DNA from: Octopus sinensis
Lineage: Eukaryota
DNA length: 64,000 nt
Direction: 5' to 3'
NCBI RefSeq assembly: GCF_006345805.1
Contig: NC_042998.1
Location: forward strand, 126,480,001 to 126,544,000
Position numbers and translations under genes: made by a program. The notes beneath the pieces are model-generated. The model was not told where the DNA came from, did not search any database, and saw only the letters and a list, made by a program, of their open reading frames with translations. Below, piece after piece: positions 14,737 through 28,559 of the stretch (its first letter is position 1; each line of letters starts with the position of its first letter).

Positions 14737-15063
14737 AAGGTGTGTGGCTTAGTGGTTAGGGGCATTCAGCTCATGATCGTAAGGTTGTGAGTTCTTCCCC
14801 CCCCCCAGTGGCGCGTTGTGTCCTTGAGCAAGACATTTTATTTCACGTTGCTCCAGTCCACTCAGCTGGCAAAAATGAGTAGTACTTGTATTTCAAAGGG
14901 TCAGCCTTGTCCCACTCTGTGTCACGCTGAATCTCCCCGAGAACTACGTTAAGGGTACACGTGTTTGTGGAGTGCTCAGCCACTTGCACATTAATTCCAC
15001 GAGTAAGCTGTTCCATTGATCATATCAACTGGGACCCTCATCGTCACAACCGACGGAGTGCTC
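14737..15063 (+). mobile_element. Near full-length tRNA-derived SINE (family B)
   Basis: A-box tggcttagtgg, B-box-like gtgagttc, then gtgtccttgagcaagaca and ccagtccactcagctg. The same head occurs at 48420-48505 and 58808-58955. Confidence 0.82.
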
Positions 15064-16339
15064 CTTACTGCCGCCACCACCACCACACCACCACCAGAGT
15101 AATTTTCACTGTGTTTGGTGCAGTTGCACTTCATTTAAAGCTCAAGATGTGTCAGATATTGCATATTACATATGTTCTGTAAGTGTCAGAAACCTCAGAT
15201 TCGTTGCTGCTATTGTTGAGACAGTAAGTTTCTAAACTCTGTAGGAGCAAGCTGCTAGGGATCTAAAACAATTGTGATCAAAGATTTCACTTAAAACTAC
15301 AACTTTCTTTCTCTCACAAATATTGAGAAATACATTGATTTTAATTTATGATTGATTTATTTGATTCCAATATATGATGTAGTGATTCATATTTTATTTC
15401 TCAAATCCTCAAAGGGGGTACTGAAATTGATATTGTAAAGAAGTGCTTTCTTCTTCTTTTTTTTTTTTTTTCATATTTATTGACATTTATCTTATCTCAT
15501 GGCTCACACCTAAATAATTCTTTATCATTTTGATTTTTTTCCTAAAACTTAAATGAAGTTTTTAAAATTTATCACTGTTTTAAAATGAAATTCTAAATTG
15601 GGTAGTGTTTGACATATTCTTGCCCCCCCCCAAAAAAAAGAAAAAACAACAAAAACACTCAAATTATAATATCTCTATTCCAAGTCTCTCCTATTTTCCT
15701 GTGATTAATGGCTGGTTGTATATCAAACAGTTTTTTTCTTCCTTTGTAAACCCACCCCTTCCTGTGTTCTTATTACAGTTTTTGATATTTAAAAAGATCC
15801 AGATTGCCACATGTCTTTTTTAAAATTTTTTATTCCAATTTCCTCTATTATAGTTGAAATGGCAGATTTCAATGATTGGTTCTGGCATTTTGTATGCTTC
15901 AGCAGTTAAAAATTGTGTTGCAAAGGATGTGCATGGTCTAACATAAGTAAAAAAAATAGCACAATCAACAATACAATCTGATCAACACATTATCATTTTT
16001 TTTTTTACCAATAATCATACTCATCACCATCCTAATATTGATTCAGGTTTGGCATAGTTAAATGGATTTGATCTTGATTGTAGCTATTAAAGCCACCATT
16101 AACAACTTAGAGTTAGTGTGCATTGGCACAAAAATGGTCTTTTTCCGATAGCTAAAATTCCAAATAGGAAAAAGCCATATGGCAAATGTACAATCAAATG
16201 ACAAAACAGTTGCTGACTACTGCTAACTCTTGAGTTAATGTTATTTTGTTATCAGAGGCCCAAATATTAAACTTTGTTTCTAACAGACTGGCAGGGCTCA
16301 GGGAGTGGGTCATATTTTAGTAGGATTGAGTCTTCTATT

Positions 16340-16545
16340 TGTACAAATATAGAGCTATATAAAGGAGTGCCAAATGCTAAATGTGATGGAACTTGTGGAA
16401 GAGGAAAACCTAAGAAGACATGGAATGAAGTAATGAAGGCTGATTTCAAGAGTTTGAGCCTCATGTAGGAGATGGTCAGGAGATGACAAAGGACAGAGAT
16501 GATTGGCAATTTACTGTGCTTAATAATCTGTCTGTCTTGATGAAA
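16340..16545 (+). mobile_element. RTE-clade LINE ORF C-terminal fragment
   Basis: DGTCGRGKPKKTWNEVMKADFKSLSL matches the RTE C-terminal G.R.RGRP..TW.....DL motif. Confidence 0.72.
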
Positions 16546-17355
16546 GAGAGATCCTAAAAGCATTGTTTATGTCTATACACTCACTGGGCCCTTCCTCTGT
16601 GCCCAGTCTGTCCATGTCAAACCTTCTCCCACTCTCATCTTTTTAATATGCATCCTTTCACTCTGCTAACTATGGCACTAGTCAGCTGCTATAATCACAG
16701 CAGACAGAATCTGTACAGATTTCATCCCTCTTTGTGCTACAAGTCATTTTCTCCTGTGTTTATAACAATTTCCTTTCAAAATCATCCCTCATTCTCCATA
16801 TCATCCCTTCCTAATTTATTTTCTTCTAATCACTTCTTTCTGTGTCTCTAGTTAAGTCTCCTTTCATTTGAGATACATTTTATGACTGCCATTACCTTAT
16901 CTTTAACACCCTCTCTTACCTACTATCATTCTCACCACCCTCTCTTGTGTTATCTGTGGCCTCCCTACACTTTTGTCTTCCACTCACTCTATGTACCTCT
17001 GACATCCATATCTGTCCCTGTACTGTTTCTTTCTTTCCTCCTTCCTCAGCAACTCCTATTTCTTTCATCTTTACTCTCCCCATACTGATATTTACCATCG
17101 ACCACACTTCTCTCCTTGTTCCTTGATTTTGGAATTCTATGTCACATGTAAATATCACAATTTGTTAAATAATCAGCATATCTTTATTGTAATGGATAAT
17201 TACAGTTGGTTTTGCTCAAAGTGTGACCTATTAAAATAGTAGAAGCACACTAGTTGATCAATAATTTAGAAGTGGTTCTTGTAAGATGTATTGGGAAAAG
17301 CTGACTGATGTATAGTGACCAAGTAAGTAGGCATGGAATTTATAGAGGTAAGATA

Positions 17356-17700
17356 GGTGCAGGCATGACTATGTGTTAAGAAGCTTGCTTCCCAATCACA
17401 TGGTTCCGGGTTCAGTCCCACTGCATGACACATTGGGCAAATATCTTCTATTATAGCCTTGGGCTGATCAAAGCCTTGTGAGTGTAGACAGAGATTGAAA
17501 GAAGCCCGTCATATATATGTGTGTGTGTGTGTGTGTTTGCCCCCCACCCCCGACCATCACTTGACAACCGATGTTGGTACATTTATGTCCTTGTAACTTA
17601 GTGGTTCAGCAAAAGACACTAATAGAATAAGTACTAGGCTTACAAGGAATAAGTCCTGAGGTTGATTTGCTTGACTAAAACGCCTTAAGGTGGTGCTCCA
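17356..17700 (+). mobile_element. tRNA-derived SINE (family C) with internal (TG)n
   Basis: Head ...taagaagcttgcttcccaatcacatggttccgggttcagtcccactg, body caaagccttgtgagtg...gaaagaagccc and 3' part aacttagtggttc..caaaaga..gaataagtac. Related copies at ~10500-10652(+), 24635-24880(-), 26065-26220(-), 48930-49060(-), 53285-53635(-) and 60005-60155(+). Confidence 0.82.
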
Positions 17701-19147
17701 AAGCAGACATTCATTCAGTCAAACTAACAAATTGAGTAGAATCCAGAGGCACCTAGATTTTTGTTGGTTGGATGTGTTAGGTGGTAGAGAATGATAACAG
17801 TGGTGCACAATAAGACTAATTAAGAATATCTAAAAGTAGTTCTATAAATTAGAGTTCTAGAACTCTACCTAAGAATTCTTTCTATAGTTTAGAATTGTAG
17901 TTAAATTAGCCCTTTGTTAGAAAGTTGGACATAAAGACTAAAAAATACTATGTTTAGTAACAATGGTTATTTACATTCAGGTATGTGCTATTGAAGTTTT
18001 CGTACATGCTATGGAAGCATTGAATCAGACTATTTATTGAGAACAAAATATCTGGACGTCCACATAAGTTTACAATTTTTAAAAACATATTGTGTTTGTG
18101 TAATCAACCAAACATTGATACTTACTAAAACTTTCATCATTGATGCAGATTCTTGCTTGAATAATGTATCCGGAAGTAGTGTTTTCCCCTCTTTGTTCTG
18201 AGTTATAATAATAATAATGATAATAATAATAACTAAATAAACATTCATTTTTGAGCTAATGAACCAATACAGGAAGTACGGTGATGGATTCCTAACATAC
18301 CGGATCCAGGAAGTCCATTATTTCACAATCTCATACTGCTGTTTATCAAGAGTGGTTAGCATTAAGTGAAACAATGTAGTGGCGAGCTTCCAAAAATGAG
18401 AGGCTGTAACTTGCTGACAGGTGAGCAAGCAGCTCCATGAGATCGATGGAGTGTGACCTTGTGATGTCAGTTAAGTCAAATTAGTAAGCTGTGTGTTTTT
18501 CTTTTTTTTTTTTTGCAGGTGAAAAAAATATAATGTTGATGCTTGTTTCTCATTTGTGGGGCGGGTCCTGACGTCAGTGTTTAAGGGGATATTTTATGTT
18601 TTACTGGTTTCAGAATGCAGTTAATGTGGAAATATTTACCCTTCCCTCCATTCATCCTTCATTGAATTATAAATAATCTTGTAATTGGAGCTTCTGATAC
18701 TAGCATTATTATTACCAAATTCTTCATTGTTTTTGTCCCTCTTCTAAGATGTTATGGAATTTTTTCCTTTTTCTTTCTTTTTTTTGTTACTTGGAGGAGA
18801 AATAGCAGCATTCCTTACTATTTTAGGACCTCTGAAGGTTTTGGAAAAGGGAGAAGAATCTTCTATTTATAGTGGCTTTTTCCTCCAGGAGGCAGTAGTA
18901 CATCGCTGTGTATTGATTTATACTCAGCTAAATGCTTCTATCTTAGTGGATTCCATTAAAGCCACCCATGGGTCAGGTGGCAGTCTTGAACTGATCAATG
19001 GATCAGGACCACCATCCAAGAACATGGATAATCCAGTAGCCTTCTGCACAGCTTTTACCCACTAAATTTCACTCACAAGGCCAAGTTAATGGTAGTAGAC
19101 ACCTGCACTAGGTGACATGTAGAGATTGAGTCTTAAACCAAGTTATT

Positions 19148-19329
19148 TTAACCTTTTAGCATTTAAACTGGCCAGGTCTGGCCTCTTACACCTACCCTAC
19201 ATCATCATTCTAATAATAAGCAATCACAAGATTGAAACCTTGAAGCTATGAGATAATGAATGATTTAATTCAAAACAATATTGATAAATAAAGCATTACA
19301 TTTGAGTAATATGAATGCTAGAGAGTTAA
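19148..19329 (+). mobile_element. TTAA-flanked MITE (piggyBac-type ends)
   Basis: TTAA-CCTTTTAGCATT ... AATGCTAGAGAG-TTAA gives imperfect terminal inverted repeats with TTAA on both sides (19148-19151, 19326-19329). Other copies at 35575-35795 and, split, at 28791-28910 plus 30068-30164. Confidence 0.75.
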
Positions 19330-20729
19330 AAATAATTTTTTAAACACAGCCAGGCTTGCATTTTTAATGTAGTGACTATGTAGAATATCCATTATCCTTA
19401 AACATTATGCTGGGATGCATGCCACCTGAGAATAGAACAACTCTTATATTCTGACTAAATTCACCTTTCTTGCTTCTGTTGTGGAACTTATAAAATCTTT
19501 TTAAGGCACACAAGAATAGCCTGAACTGTTGAGAAAATGCAACATGCTAAGAATTCATACTGCACTCCATACACTGAACAATTGCCTGTGGAGAGAGCTG
19601 TGTGATTCTCAACTAAACAGAGGCATGCCATATGGAGTGCAATATTTGTGGATCATGCCCAAATTATTTAATTGGTTCTTTTGTACCTTAAATCACCTTG
19701 ATCATAACTGACTTGGGATACACAAGACCAATTATCACTGATTGCTGCTGCCTTTTGTACAAGTGAGCTGAAGCTGCTGCTAATCTGTAAACATATTAAT
19801 ACATATATCATACTTTGCATTATTACTATTATAGTTGTATTAAGATCACTTTTAAACCCTGCCTATGTGAAGCAAGATCCTTTTTTTGTAATGAAGCTAA
19901 AATACAAAATAAAAAAAAAATCTAATAAATTTTGACTAGGTACAACCAAATACTTTTTCTTTTAAGAAGATTGGAAGCTATATTGTTTTGATTATTGACT
20001 ATCACTGCTACTTATTTTATCATTTTGCATAGAAATGAAATAATGAAGTTGTATTCTGGAGGAGATATTATTTCAAAGAATTAAAGAATAAAATGAGATA
20101 TTGCAAAACATTTACTTAATCTGCTTATTAGTTGTCATAGCCTAGCACAATACAAACAACTAGAAAGAAAAGCTGTACAAGTCAAATTATTAACATGGAA
20201 GGTATAAGTTTCTTAATTATATTTGGGAGGATATATTCAGGAAACATTGATATAAACAGTGCTTACTTTAAATAACCTTGAGTTAAAACGCTTCCGCTGA
20301 ATTTAATTAAAACTATAAATGTTTCACAACAAAAAATAAAACTCTCTGATGTCTGTTCACACATGAGAGAAAATATTTTGGGATTCAAAATTCTCTGTTG
20401 CAAAATTAAAATGTAATATTGATGGAGAAAATTATTTGTTGTTAGTGTGCACCAATACAAATCATCATTAAATTTTCTTTTGATGTGTTGTATTATTATC
20501 ATTTTTTAATATGAGTGTGCCTGCTCTCACTTTGCATAGCAACAGTTGTTACCATTATTGACGATGAATGATGATAATAATAAAAAAAAAAAAGATAGAA
20601 ATATGTACTGAAACACACACACATGCACAAATGTGAATTTAATTGAACAAAGTAGTCAGATGATATAAAATTTTAAAAAAGTTTCCCTATTCTCCCTATA
20701 TCTGTGGCATTCTAAGTAATACTTGACAG

Positions 20730-21300
20730 AGCTATTTAGCACAAATAGATCAGATGATTGGCATTGAGATTTATTGACCGTTATTGCTAAAGTGATTTGA
20801 ACTGGAAGCTGTAATTGTATAGAGGTGAATGGCGGTGGGATGTCAGAAAGTTTCAGTTTATTTCCTGGCACAATGTCATATTTTCCAAGATGTTCACTTT
20901 CTGTAACAATGTCTCCTTCAAATCTGTGCTCATGTAAATAGATTATTTGAATTCTTGTTCAGGTGCAAAGCTCATTAACCTTATTTAAATTTTGCAGTTT
21001 CATTACAGCATTCTCCATTTTCAAGGTTAAAGTTGTATGAAAATGAGGCAAGGTTACAGCTGTTTAGGAATAGGATAATTGTACAGGTTATATCCATCAT
21101 TGCAGGAATCAGTACTTTTGTAAGTGGCTATTGCTCCATCAATTAGTAATTTCTTCATTTATTGAATGGAAAACAGCTTAGTGTTTTTTTTTTGTAGAAT
21201 TTAAGCCCATTGATGAAGGATTATGGAAGCCCATCATAGCTATCAATGGATTTATATGTAGTGTCACTTTGTATTTACCCTATCAAGCCTTCATGAAAAT
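20730..21300 (-). mobile_element. Fossil Helitron PIF1-like helicase fragment
   Basis: Minus-strand peptides TYKSTDS...NYP, TLTLKMENAVMKLQNLNKVNELCT*TRIQI (cf. LKLKVG..VMLLRNL....GLCNGTRL) and SDIPPPFTSIQLQLPVQITLAITVNKSQCQS (cf. R.QFPV.LAFAMTINKSQGQ), in the correct order with stops and frameshifts. Confidence 0.8.
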
Positions 21301-22244
21301 CTACTCTTAGTTTCTGTCGATTCATTCAAAGTCATCAGAGCTATTCATCATCAACAATGTACTTACTTCCAAACCAAAATGTTTCAAAATCATTGATCCA
21401 TTGTCTCATTCTGTAAAAGTAATAGTCCATCAAAACCATTTAAAAAAATATTATTCATACCCATAAATATCATGCCCTTACCTTACTCTCCTTTTGAGAA
21501 TAAAGATCGAAGTGCAGTGGATCTTAATCTTGGTTTGGTTGATTAAATAACTGCAAACTTTGATCATATTTATGTAAAACAATGTCTTATCCACTGATAT
21601 TTCCTCCTGTTCCAGGTAGAACAGCTGACATTTTAAAAACAGTAGGAACATCAAAATTTTTCATAGAACATGATCCAATAACTGAACTGAAATGTTGCTA
21701 AGTGAGAGTATGTTTCAGTTAGATGCAGTGCTTTATTTTTTAATCTTTTTCAGTTGTATGTAATGTACCCTTTGTAATGTGTGCAATATAGTTTAGGCTT
21801 TTTATATGTTGTGTATACATGTAAGTCTTAGGATTTTGGTTATGAACTGGTTTGCATATTTGTTAATCATTTCCAGGGCACCTGTTATCATTTCTGTCTT
21901 TATTTATTTTTTTTTTTTTTAATAAATGAAAACTGGTTATTTTAGTTTATAGTCAACATTGCAAATATTAAATTAGGTTTATATTAGCTTACAGTACTCA
22001 TTGAAAACACTAGACACTAGTTATTTTATCTTAAGATCCATGTTGAAAATACTGGTTGTTGTTTGATGATGCAACAATGTTTGATCAAGACAGTATATAG
22101 ACTTGTGACTGCTTCAGAAACCCAGTTACTGTAAGCTTCTAGTTTAAGGCAATGAATTACTGCCTACACAGACATATGTTCAAACCTTATTATTACAGCT
22201 GTTGTGGTGTTCCTGGTTAAGTAATTTAAATGTGTTTCTTTTAT

Positions 22245-22600
22245 GCTGTACTTGAGAAGATCCATCAAACCAAATGAAATCCTCGTCATGGCATGTAAAA
22301 AGTACCATTGGAATGTTGGGCCTCATGGCGGTCGTGACTGGTGACTGAGACCTTTGGCGATATACTGAGCTTTGAGATCATAGTTGTAGCCGATGCCTGT
22401 GTTACATAACTGGTACCTGTGCTGGTGGCACATTAAAAGCACCCACTACACTCTTGGAGTGGTTGGCATTAGGAAGTGCATCCAGCCATAGAAATCATGC
22501 CAAACCAGACTGGAACCTGGTGCAGCTCTCCAGCTTAGCAGTTTTCAGTTCAACCGCCCAACTCATGCCAGCATGGAAAACAGACGTTAAATGATGATGA
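22245..22600 (+). mobile_element. RTE-LINE 3'UTR/tail fragment
   Basis: gctggtggcacattaaaagcacccactacactcttggagtggttggcattaggaag..catccagc...gacgttaaatgatgatga. The same family occurs at 36105-36290, 38880-39170, 43465-43585 and 61930-62375 (+) and 25815-25920 (-). Confidence 0.78.
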
Positions 22601-24083
22601 TAACTTAGGAAGAGAATCTAGGTGTTGATAAAAGCTCTGATTTTTTAGCTGAATCAGTTGTGTCGAATGAAATACTGGGTGTTTTTTTTTTGGTTATATC
22701 CCTTTACATTCTAAGTTCAAATCTCAACTTGATCAACTTTGACTGTGTTCCTTCCAAGTATCATGAATTAAGTACTGGACAAAGAACAGGTGTCAGTGTC
22801 ATCTAAACCTCTTGAAATTTGGTTCTCCTGCATGGTCGCAGTCTAATGACTCACATCAGTAAAAGAAGAAAAAAGCGTAACACACAAAGTTGAATATCAA
22901 AGAACATAAAAAGAGATAAATTTGTTGGAAACTATGAACACATACACAAGCACTCCCTATTCCCCCTCACAAATACACCCCCACGCACAAACACCCACCC
23001 ACAAAAACACCCACCAACATAAACGCACACGTCAATATGTTTACTTTTTACTGAAGTAATATATATCAGCATGTATTGTTGAACAGTGTTGGAACACACA
23101 CAGACACATATATATCACATCTTGTCTACTTAAAGCAGCATTTTTTAAATTAGTTTTTGCAATGTATTGTTAGAAGTTTTTATGCCATGATATCTTGTCT
23201 CCACCTAAACAACATGTTAATAATTATGCATGAAACAATACAAGTGTTGCATTAGTGTGTATGTATGTAAATTGGTAAATATTTATGCAGCAAACAGTAT
23301 CTTCTTTTTATCAGAAGCAACATATTGCTTGCTGCAATATATTCATGTACCAATACTTTGTCTTACCATACCAACAATGCAAAAAAACAAAACAAAAAAC
23401 AAAACAAAACAAAAAAACAAAAAAAAAACAACTCCCACACAAAAAAAAAATCAGGAAAAAATCCATTGACGCATATTGTTTGAAAATGAGAAAGTTTATC
23501 ATTTAAAGCAAGTCAAACTAGACTGATAGCAATTTTAGGAAGCACAATAACTGATCTAACATCTTGAGATCACTTTGTAGGAATATCCAATCATCCATTA
23601 GTGATGTTAGGCTGGTGTAACCCCCGTTCCGCCCACCCCAAGAAAAAATAGAGAAAGACTCTAAGCATGTAAAATATGTAGTATACACACACATACACAT
23701 GCTCACTCTCGTATGGATACACACACAGACATACATACATAAAAATCTCTATTTTTTCCTCTGTATTTTTAGTTTTCGAATTCTGTCTATTCTGTCTTTA
23801 GCCTGCAGTGTACGTTAATCTTGTATATGAAGAAAACCTGTTAATAACTTGGAAGTTATGAAGTCATGTAAGAAAAGTTGACACCATACAAAACCTTATG
23901 ACATCTGCAATGCAGTTGTTGGGTGGTGGCGGGGATTTAAACATTTACTTTACTGGAGTAGACTGGGATTAATGAGTTTGGTTGGTTATGAATTCAAATC
24001 TAGTTGAAGTTAATCTTTTCAATACTGTGGTGTACACATTTTGTGTGTTCATGAGAGCTTGGGATTGATATATGTAGAAAAAT

Positions 24084-24272
24084 AAGGTGGTGAGCTGGCA
24101 GAAACATTAGCACACTGGGCGAAATGCTTAGCAGTATTTCGTTGGTCTTTACATTTTGTCTTTACGACTGCTGAGATCAGCTTTGCCTTTCATCCTTTTA
24201 GGGTTGATAAATTAAGTACCAGTTGTGTACTGAGGTCCATCTTTGGGCTTTGTGCCTAGAGTGGAAAAGAAT
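24084..24272 (+). mobile_element. SINE family A copy with internal deletion
   Basis: aaggtggtgagctggcagaaac...ctttgcctttcatccttttagggttgataaattaagtacc. Confidence 0.8.
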
Positions 24273-25497
24273 ATGTAGTAAAATTATATAAAATCCATGT
24301 GAAGTACAGGTCGCATCAATGTCAAGTCATCAGGTTATATAAATTTCAAACAGTTGATATAATTTGTTGAATTTATTAATCAAGATGATGTGAGGTCAAA
24401 TGCCACTACTAATATAGCAATGTTACTTTCACTTATGCCAATCTACTTTAGTGAAGAGCAGGTAGCAGTCTTGTAGTGATCAATGCAAAGACCATTTCAT
24501 ATCCAACATTCTGTAGTTAAAAATATTTTCAAATGATTCAATTAAAATCAGATTTTCTCCAAGCATAGTTTCAATTTTATTGACTCACCACATTTTATTT
24601 TGAGTGTGTGTGTATGTGTGTGTTTTCTAATGTTGGTTTCAGTCATTGGAATGTGGCCATGCTGGGGCACAACCTTAAACAACTTTCATTCACCCCCCCC
24701 CCTCCGCCATTTTGTCTTGCACTCATTAATTTCTATTTGTCAAGCTGCTAAGTGACATAATGGAACACATACACACACACAGTTTCTACCTGTCAAATTT
24801 CACTCACTAGGTATTGATCAACCCAGGGTTATAGCAGAAGACACTTGCCATACCGTAGAATTGAGCCTGGGCAACACATGGTTATGAAGTGTACTTCTTC
24901 ATCAAGCTGTTGTGTCTACAATATCTTCTTTCAGATATTTCACATCCTTTGAGATTCGTTCTCTTTGTTGATTCCCTCGTTTACTACTTTTTTCCCTCTT
25001 CTTTTCTGTCTTTCATGTACAGACGTTTTCACGTGCTTGTATACATATACACATTGTCATATACATATACACATTATCATACATTAACATACTCTTCTCC
25101 TCTCCTTTGATTCTATACTACTCTCTTTATCATATCACACGGAATATAGTAGCTGAAAATAACTCATTGTTCCACTGACAGGAGACCAATTTTACAAAGT
25201 TCTTTTAATCAAAACATAATTTTATAGATCTAAATTAAATTTCTTTGTTGAAAGCAACACCAACTCAGACTTTTCTTTTTGTTTTTAATTGAATTTTGTA
25301 TTTTTGTAGAATGTTCGTTAATTGGTTTTAGTTATTGAACTACGGTCATATGGGGCTCTACCTTCAAGAATTTTTAGTTGATCATATTGATCCCATTTTA
25401 GTCTGGTACTTATTTTATTGATCTCTGTTTGTCAAACCACCAAGTTACTGGACATAAAGTTGTACAACATAACTCTGATTTTTAGACCATCATTAAA

Positions 25498-25549
<52 letters not shown>

Positions 25550-27443
25550 TGATTGACTTCTATACAATTTATGTCTAAGTGATTCACAAAAAACCATTAA
25601 TAAAATTTTCATCTCCATCCTGTCCTCTTTATCAATGAGAAAACACAATCCATCAATTTGTGTGCCCAGCTTCTCAAGCTTAACAGCCCCCATTCCATGA
25701 AGAATACTGAGTTACCTGGTCTTGTTCAAACTTTACTACATTTATCACATTGTAGACTGAGGTAGAGTACATAACACTGCCTTCCTCAGTTTGCCTGGTT
25801 GGCAATCATGTTCCCATCATCATCATCATTTGACAACCACTTTTCCATGCTTCCTTGGATTAGATGAAATTTGTGGAGGCAGATTTTCTACAGCTCGATG
25901 CCCTTCTTGCCACCAACCCTCTTCATGGCCAGACATGTTTTTTATCTGAGGACAGGAAACAGACAACTTCATATGTATGATGATGCTCATTTACTGCCAC
26001 CACATGATGTCTAGACAAGAGTACATACATATACATATCCCACCTCTACATGCACACACAAATTAGGCTTCTTTCATTTTCTGTCTACCAAATCTAATCA
26101 TAAGGCTTTGGTTAGCCTGGGACCATAGTAGAAGATACTTGCCCAAGGTGTTGTGCAGTGGGACTGTACCCATGACCACATGGTTTGGAAGCAAGCTTCT
26201 TAACCACGCAGCTATGCCTGTTTTCATTCAAGAGTTGTGCAGTTAACAGGAGGATATCAGTGATTAAAAACAATTGTTACACATTTATCTAACTGTTCAA
26301 ATTTGCAGAACCTTGACTAGCCATGGTTGTGCAAAGAATGGTGTGAAACGGTAAATAATCTATAGATTGAGAGTTTCGTTCTAGAAGTGGTGGTGGTGGT
26401 AGTGTAGTTAGTTTTACTGCTGATTCAGCCTTCTGGAAAGAGAACAACGAAGTGTGACAGGTTCCTATTATTGCAATTAGTTTGGGCCGAGAATACATGC
26501 ATTCTGTTTAAATTTGCTTCATTACTGGTTTGATGAAATGTTATTTTCTTATATTACTTGATTCACTATAATCAAGATATTAGATTTATTAAAACATCTG
26601 TTTATGTATTAGTATATTATGCTGGTGCTGATTTGTACAATATCATTCATATTATAATGAAATTTTGATGTGGGATTTTAATTTGTGAACACTTTAGTAT
26701 AGGCAGTCTCAGGCGAGTTGGTATGAAAACGGTTAATGGAGTTCAGCTTCCAAGACCACCAAAGTATCTGCAGCATTCAGTTCATTAAAGTTCTTTTATT
26801 GTTGGTTTTCTTTCTTTAATTTCTGTTTTTGTGAGTTGAAGCAAAAAAAAATTCTTCTATTGATTTTAGTTTGGCAGCGGTGGTGGTGGTGGTTTAACGA
26901 TACCAGTAGTAGTAGCAGTGGTGGTCATATATTTCCCTCCTCACCCCCAATACGAACAGAAATGATTAACGGTTGAAAGTTTATATTAAATCCTGTCAAA
27001 CTTAGTCAGCACGTTAGGTCAGCTTACCTTCTAGTATGTGAGAGTGTGTATATGTGTTTATGTGTGAGTGTGTGTGTATTTGTGATGTATCTGGACTGAC
27101 AAACACAACCTCGGAAGTTGAGGGAAGTATCTCTAATACTTTTCTGATGATGACTCACCCAGGTTTTTGAGTCAGCATATTCAGTTCCTGTAGCAATATA
27201 AAACCACCAACTGACACTTTATATTGAAAAATCATCGAGCAGAGCAAGGTGGGATAACTGATAGCCAAATTATCACAGTTTTGTCAATAAGCCTAATATA
27301 TATTTCAGAGCTTGAATTATGAGTGTGTGTGGGTGGATGGGATGGGGCTTTACAAACACACTCATTTTGCATCCCCTACACTCACTTTCTTTATGTATCT
27401 ATGCACAAACAAATCTTTACTGTTATAGTCTAATTCAGGCAGC

Positions 27444-27444
<1 letters not shown>

Positions 27445-27531
<87 letters not shown>

Positions 27532-27553
27532 TTACTACTACTACAACAACAAC
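27445..27553. repeat. Compound (CAA)n(CTA)n microsatellite
   Basis: Read directly; it explains the polyQ/polyL and polyV pseudo-ORFs. Confidence 0.95.
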
Positions 27554-28514
27554 TGATAACTTGTTGGACAAAATACTATTTAGTACTTACTGTTGTCCAA
27601 ATCCTGATGCGGTTGACTTTATTTGTCATCCTACTTGGGCTAATAAGATAGGGACCGCTCAAATACAGAAGCTGATTCACTATCCGCCAAAATTTTTGAC
27701 CTTGTGTCAAATATTATTAGCATGAGATTGATTCTTTTACCCTACAATTTATGGCTGTTTTGTGTCAGTGCTAGAAATAACTATCATTATTGCTTTTATT
27801 AAAAAGAAGTGAACTACTAGTATCACTAGAGCACCAGAAAAATTCCTTGCACTATTTATTCCAACTCCTTATGTTTTTAGTTCAAATTCTGTCAAAGTCA
27901 ACTCTATTCAGTGTCAATAAAATAATGTATCTGTCAAGTACTGGTCTCAGTATTGTCAATTAACCCCACCTCATCTTGAAATTGTGCATAAATGATAACC
28001 AGTTATTCTCATCATTATTAAAAACAAATAATGAAAATAGTTATTATAATCATTAAGTGGTCAGTTGAAATGGCCAATTGGCATAATCGTTAGTGTCAGA
28101 CTGGTGGTTTGTAACACTTACAGACAGAAATGCGTTGCTGATTCTGAGTCCAAAATCCTGTGTTTTGAGTTTAAATAGATGGACGTAGTGCTGAGGCCGA
28201 CCTTATTTTCACCCATATTTTATTAATGAAATAAAGTACTGTTCAAGTACTAGCAGAGGGGTGGGATTTTCCTCCATGCTAATTTGTGTCTTTGTTAGAA
28301 ATTATTAAAAGGGCAGGTGCCTTGTGGTTTTTACATCTCTTTATGTTCTCTTCATCCACACCAGAGTTGGGAGAACAAGTACCAGTCAACATCTGTACTG
28401 AGATTAAATAAGCTATCTCATTACATACCCCAACATTTTCAGCTCTTTGTGTAGATAGGGAAAAGCTGGTAGGGAGAAGAAATTTATAAAGAAAAAGAAA
28501 AACACACACACACA

Positions 28515-28559
<45 letters not shown>

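Noticed and set aside
18754-19065. 103-aa plus-strand ORF just downstream of the regulatory island
   Set aside because: No recognisable domain or good donor, and the 3' end runs into a SINE fragment.
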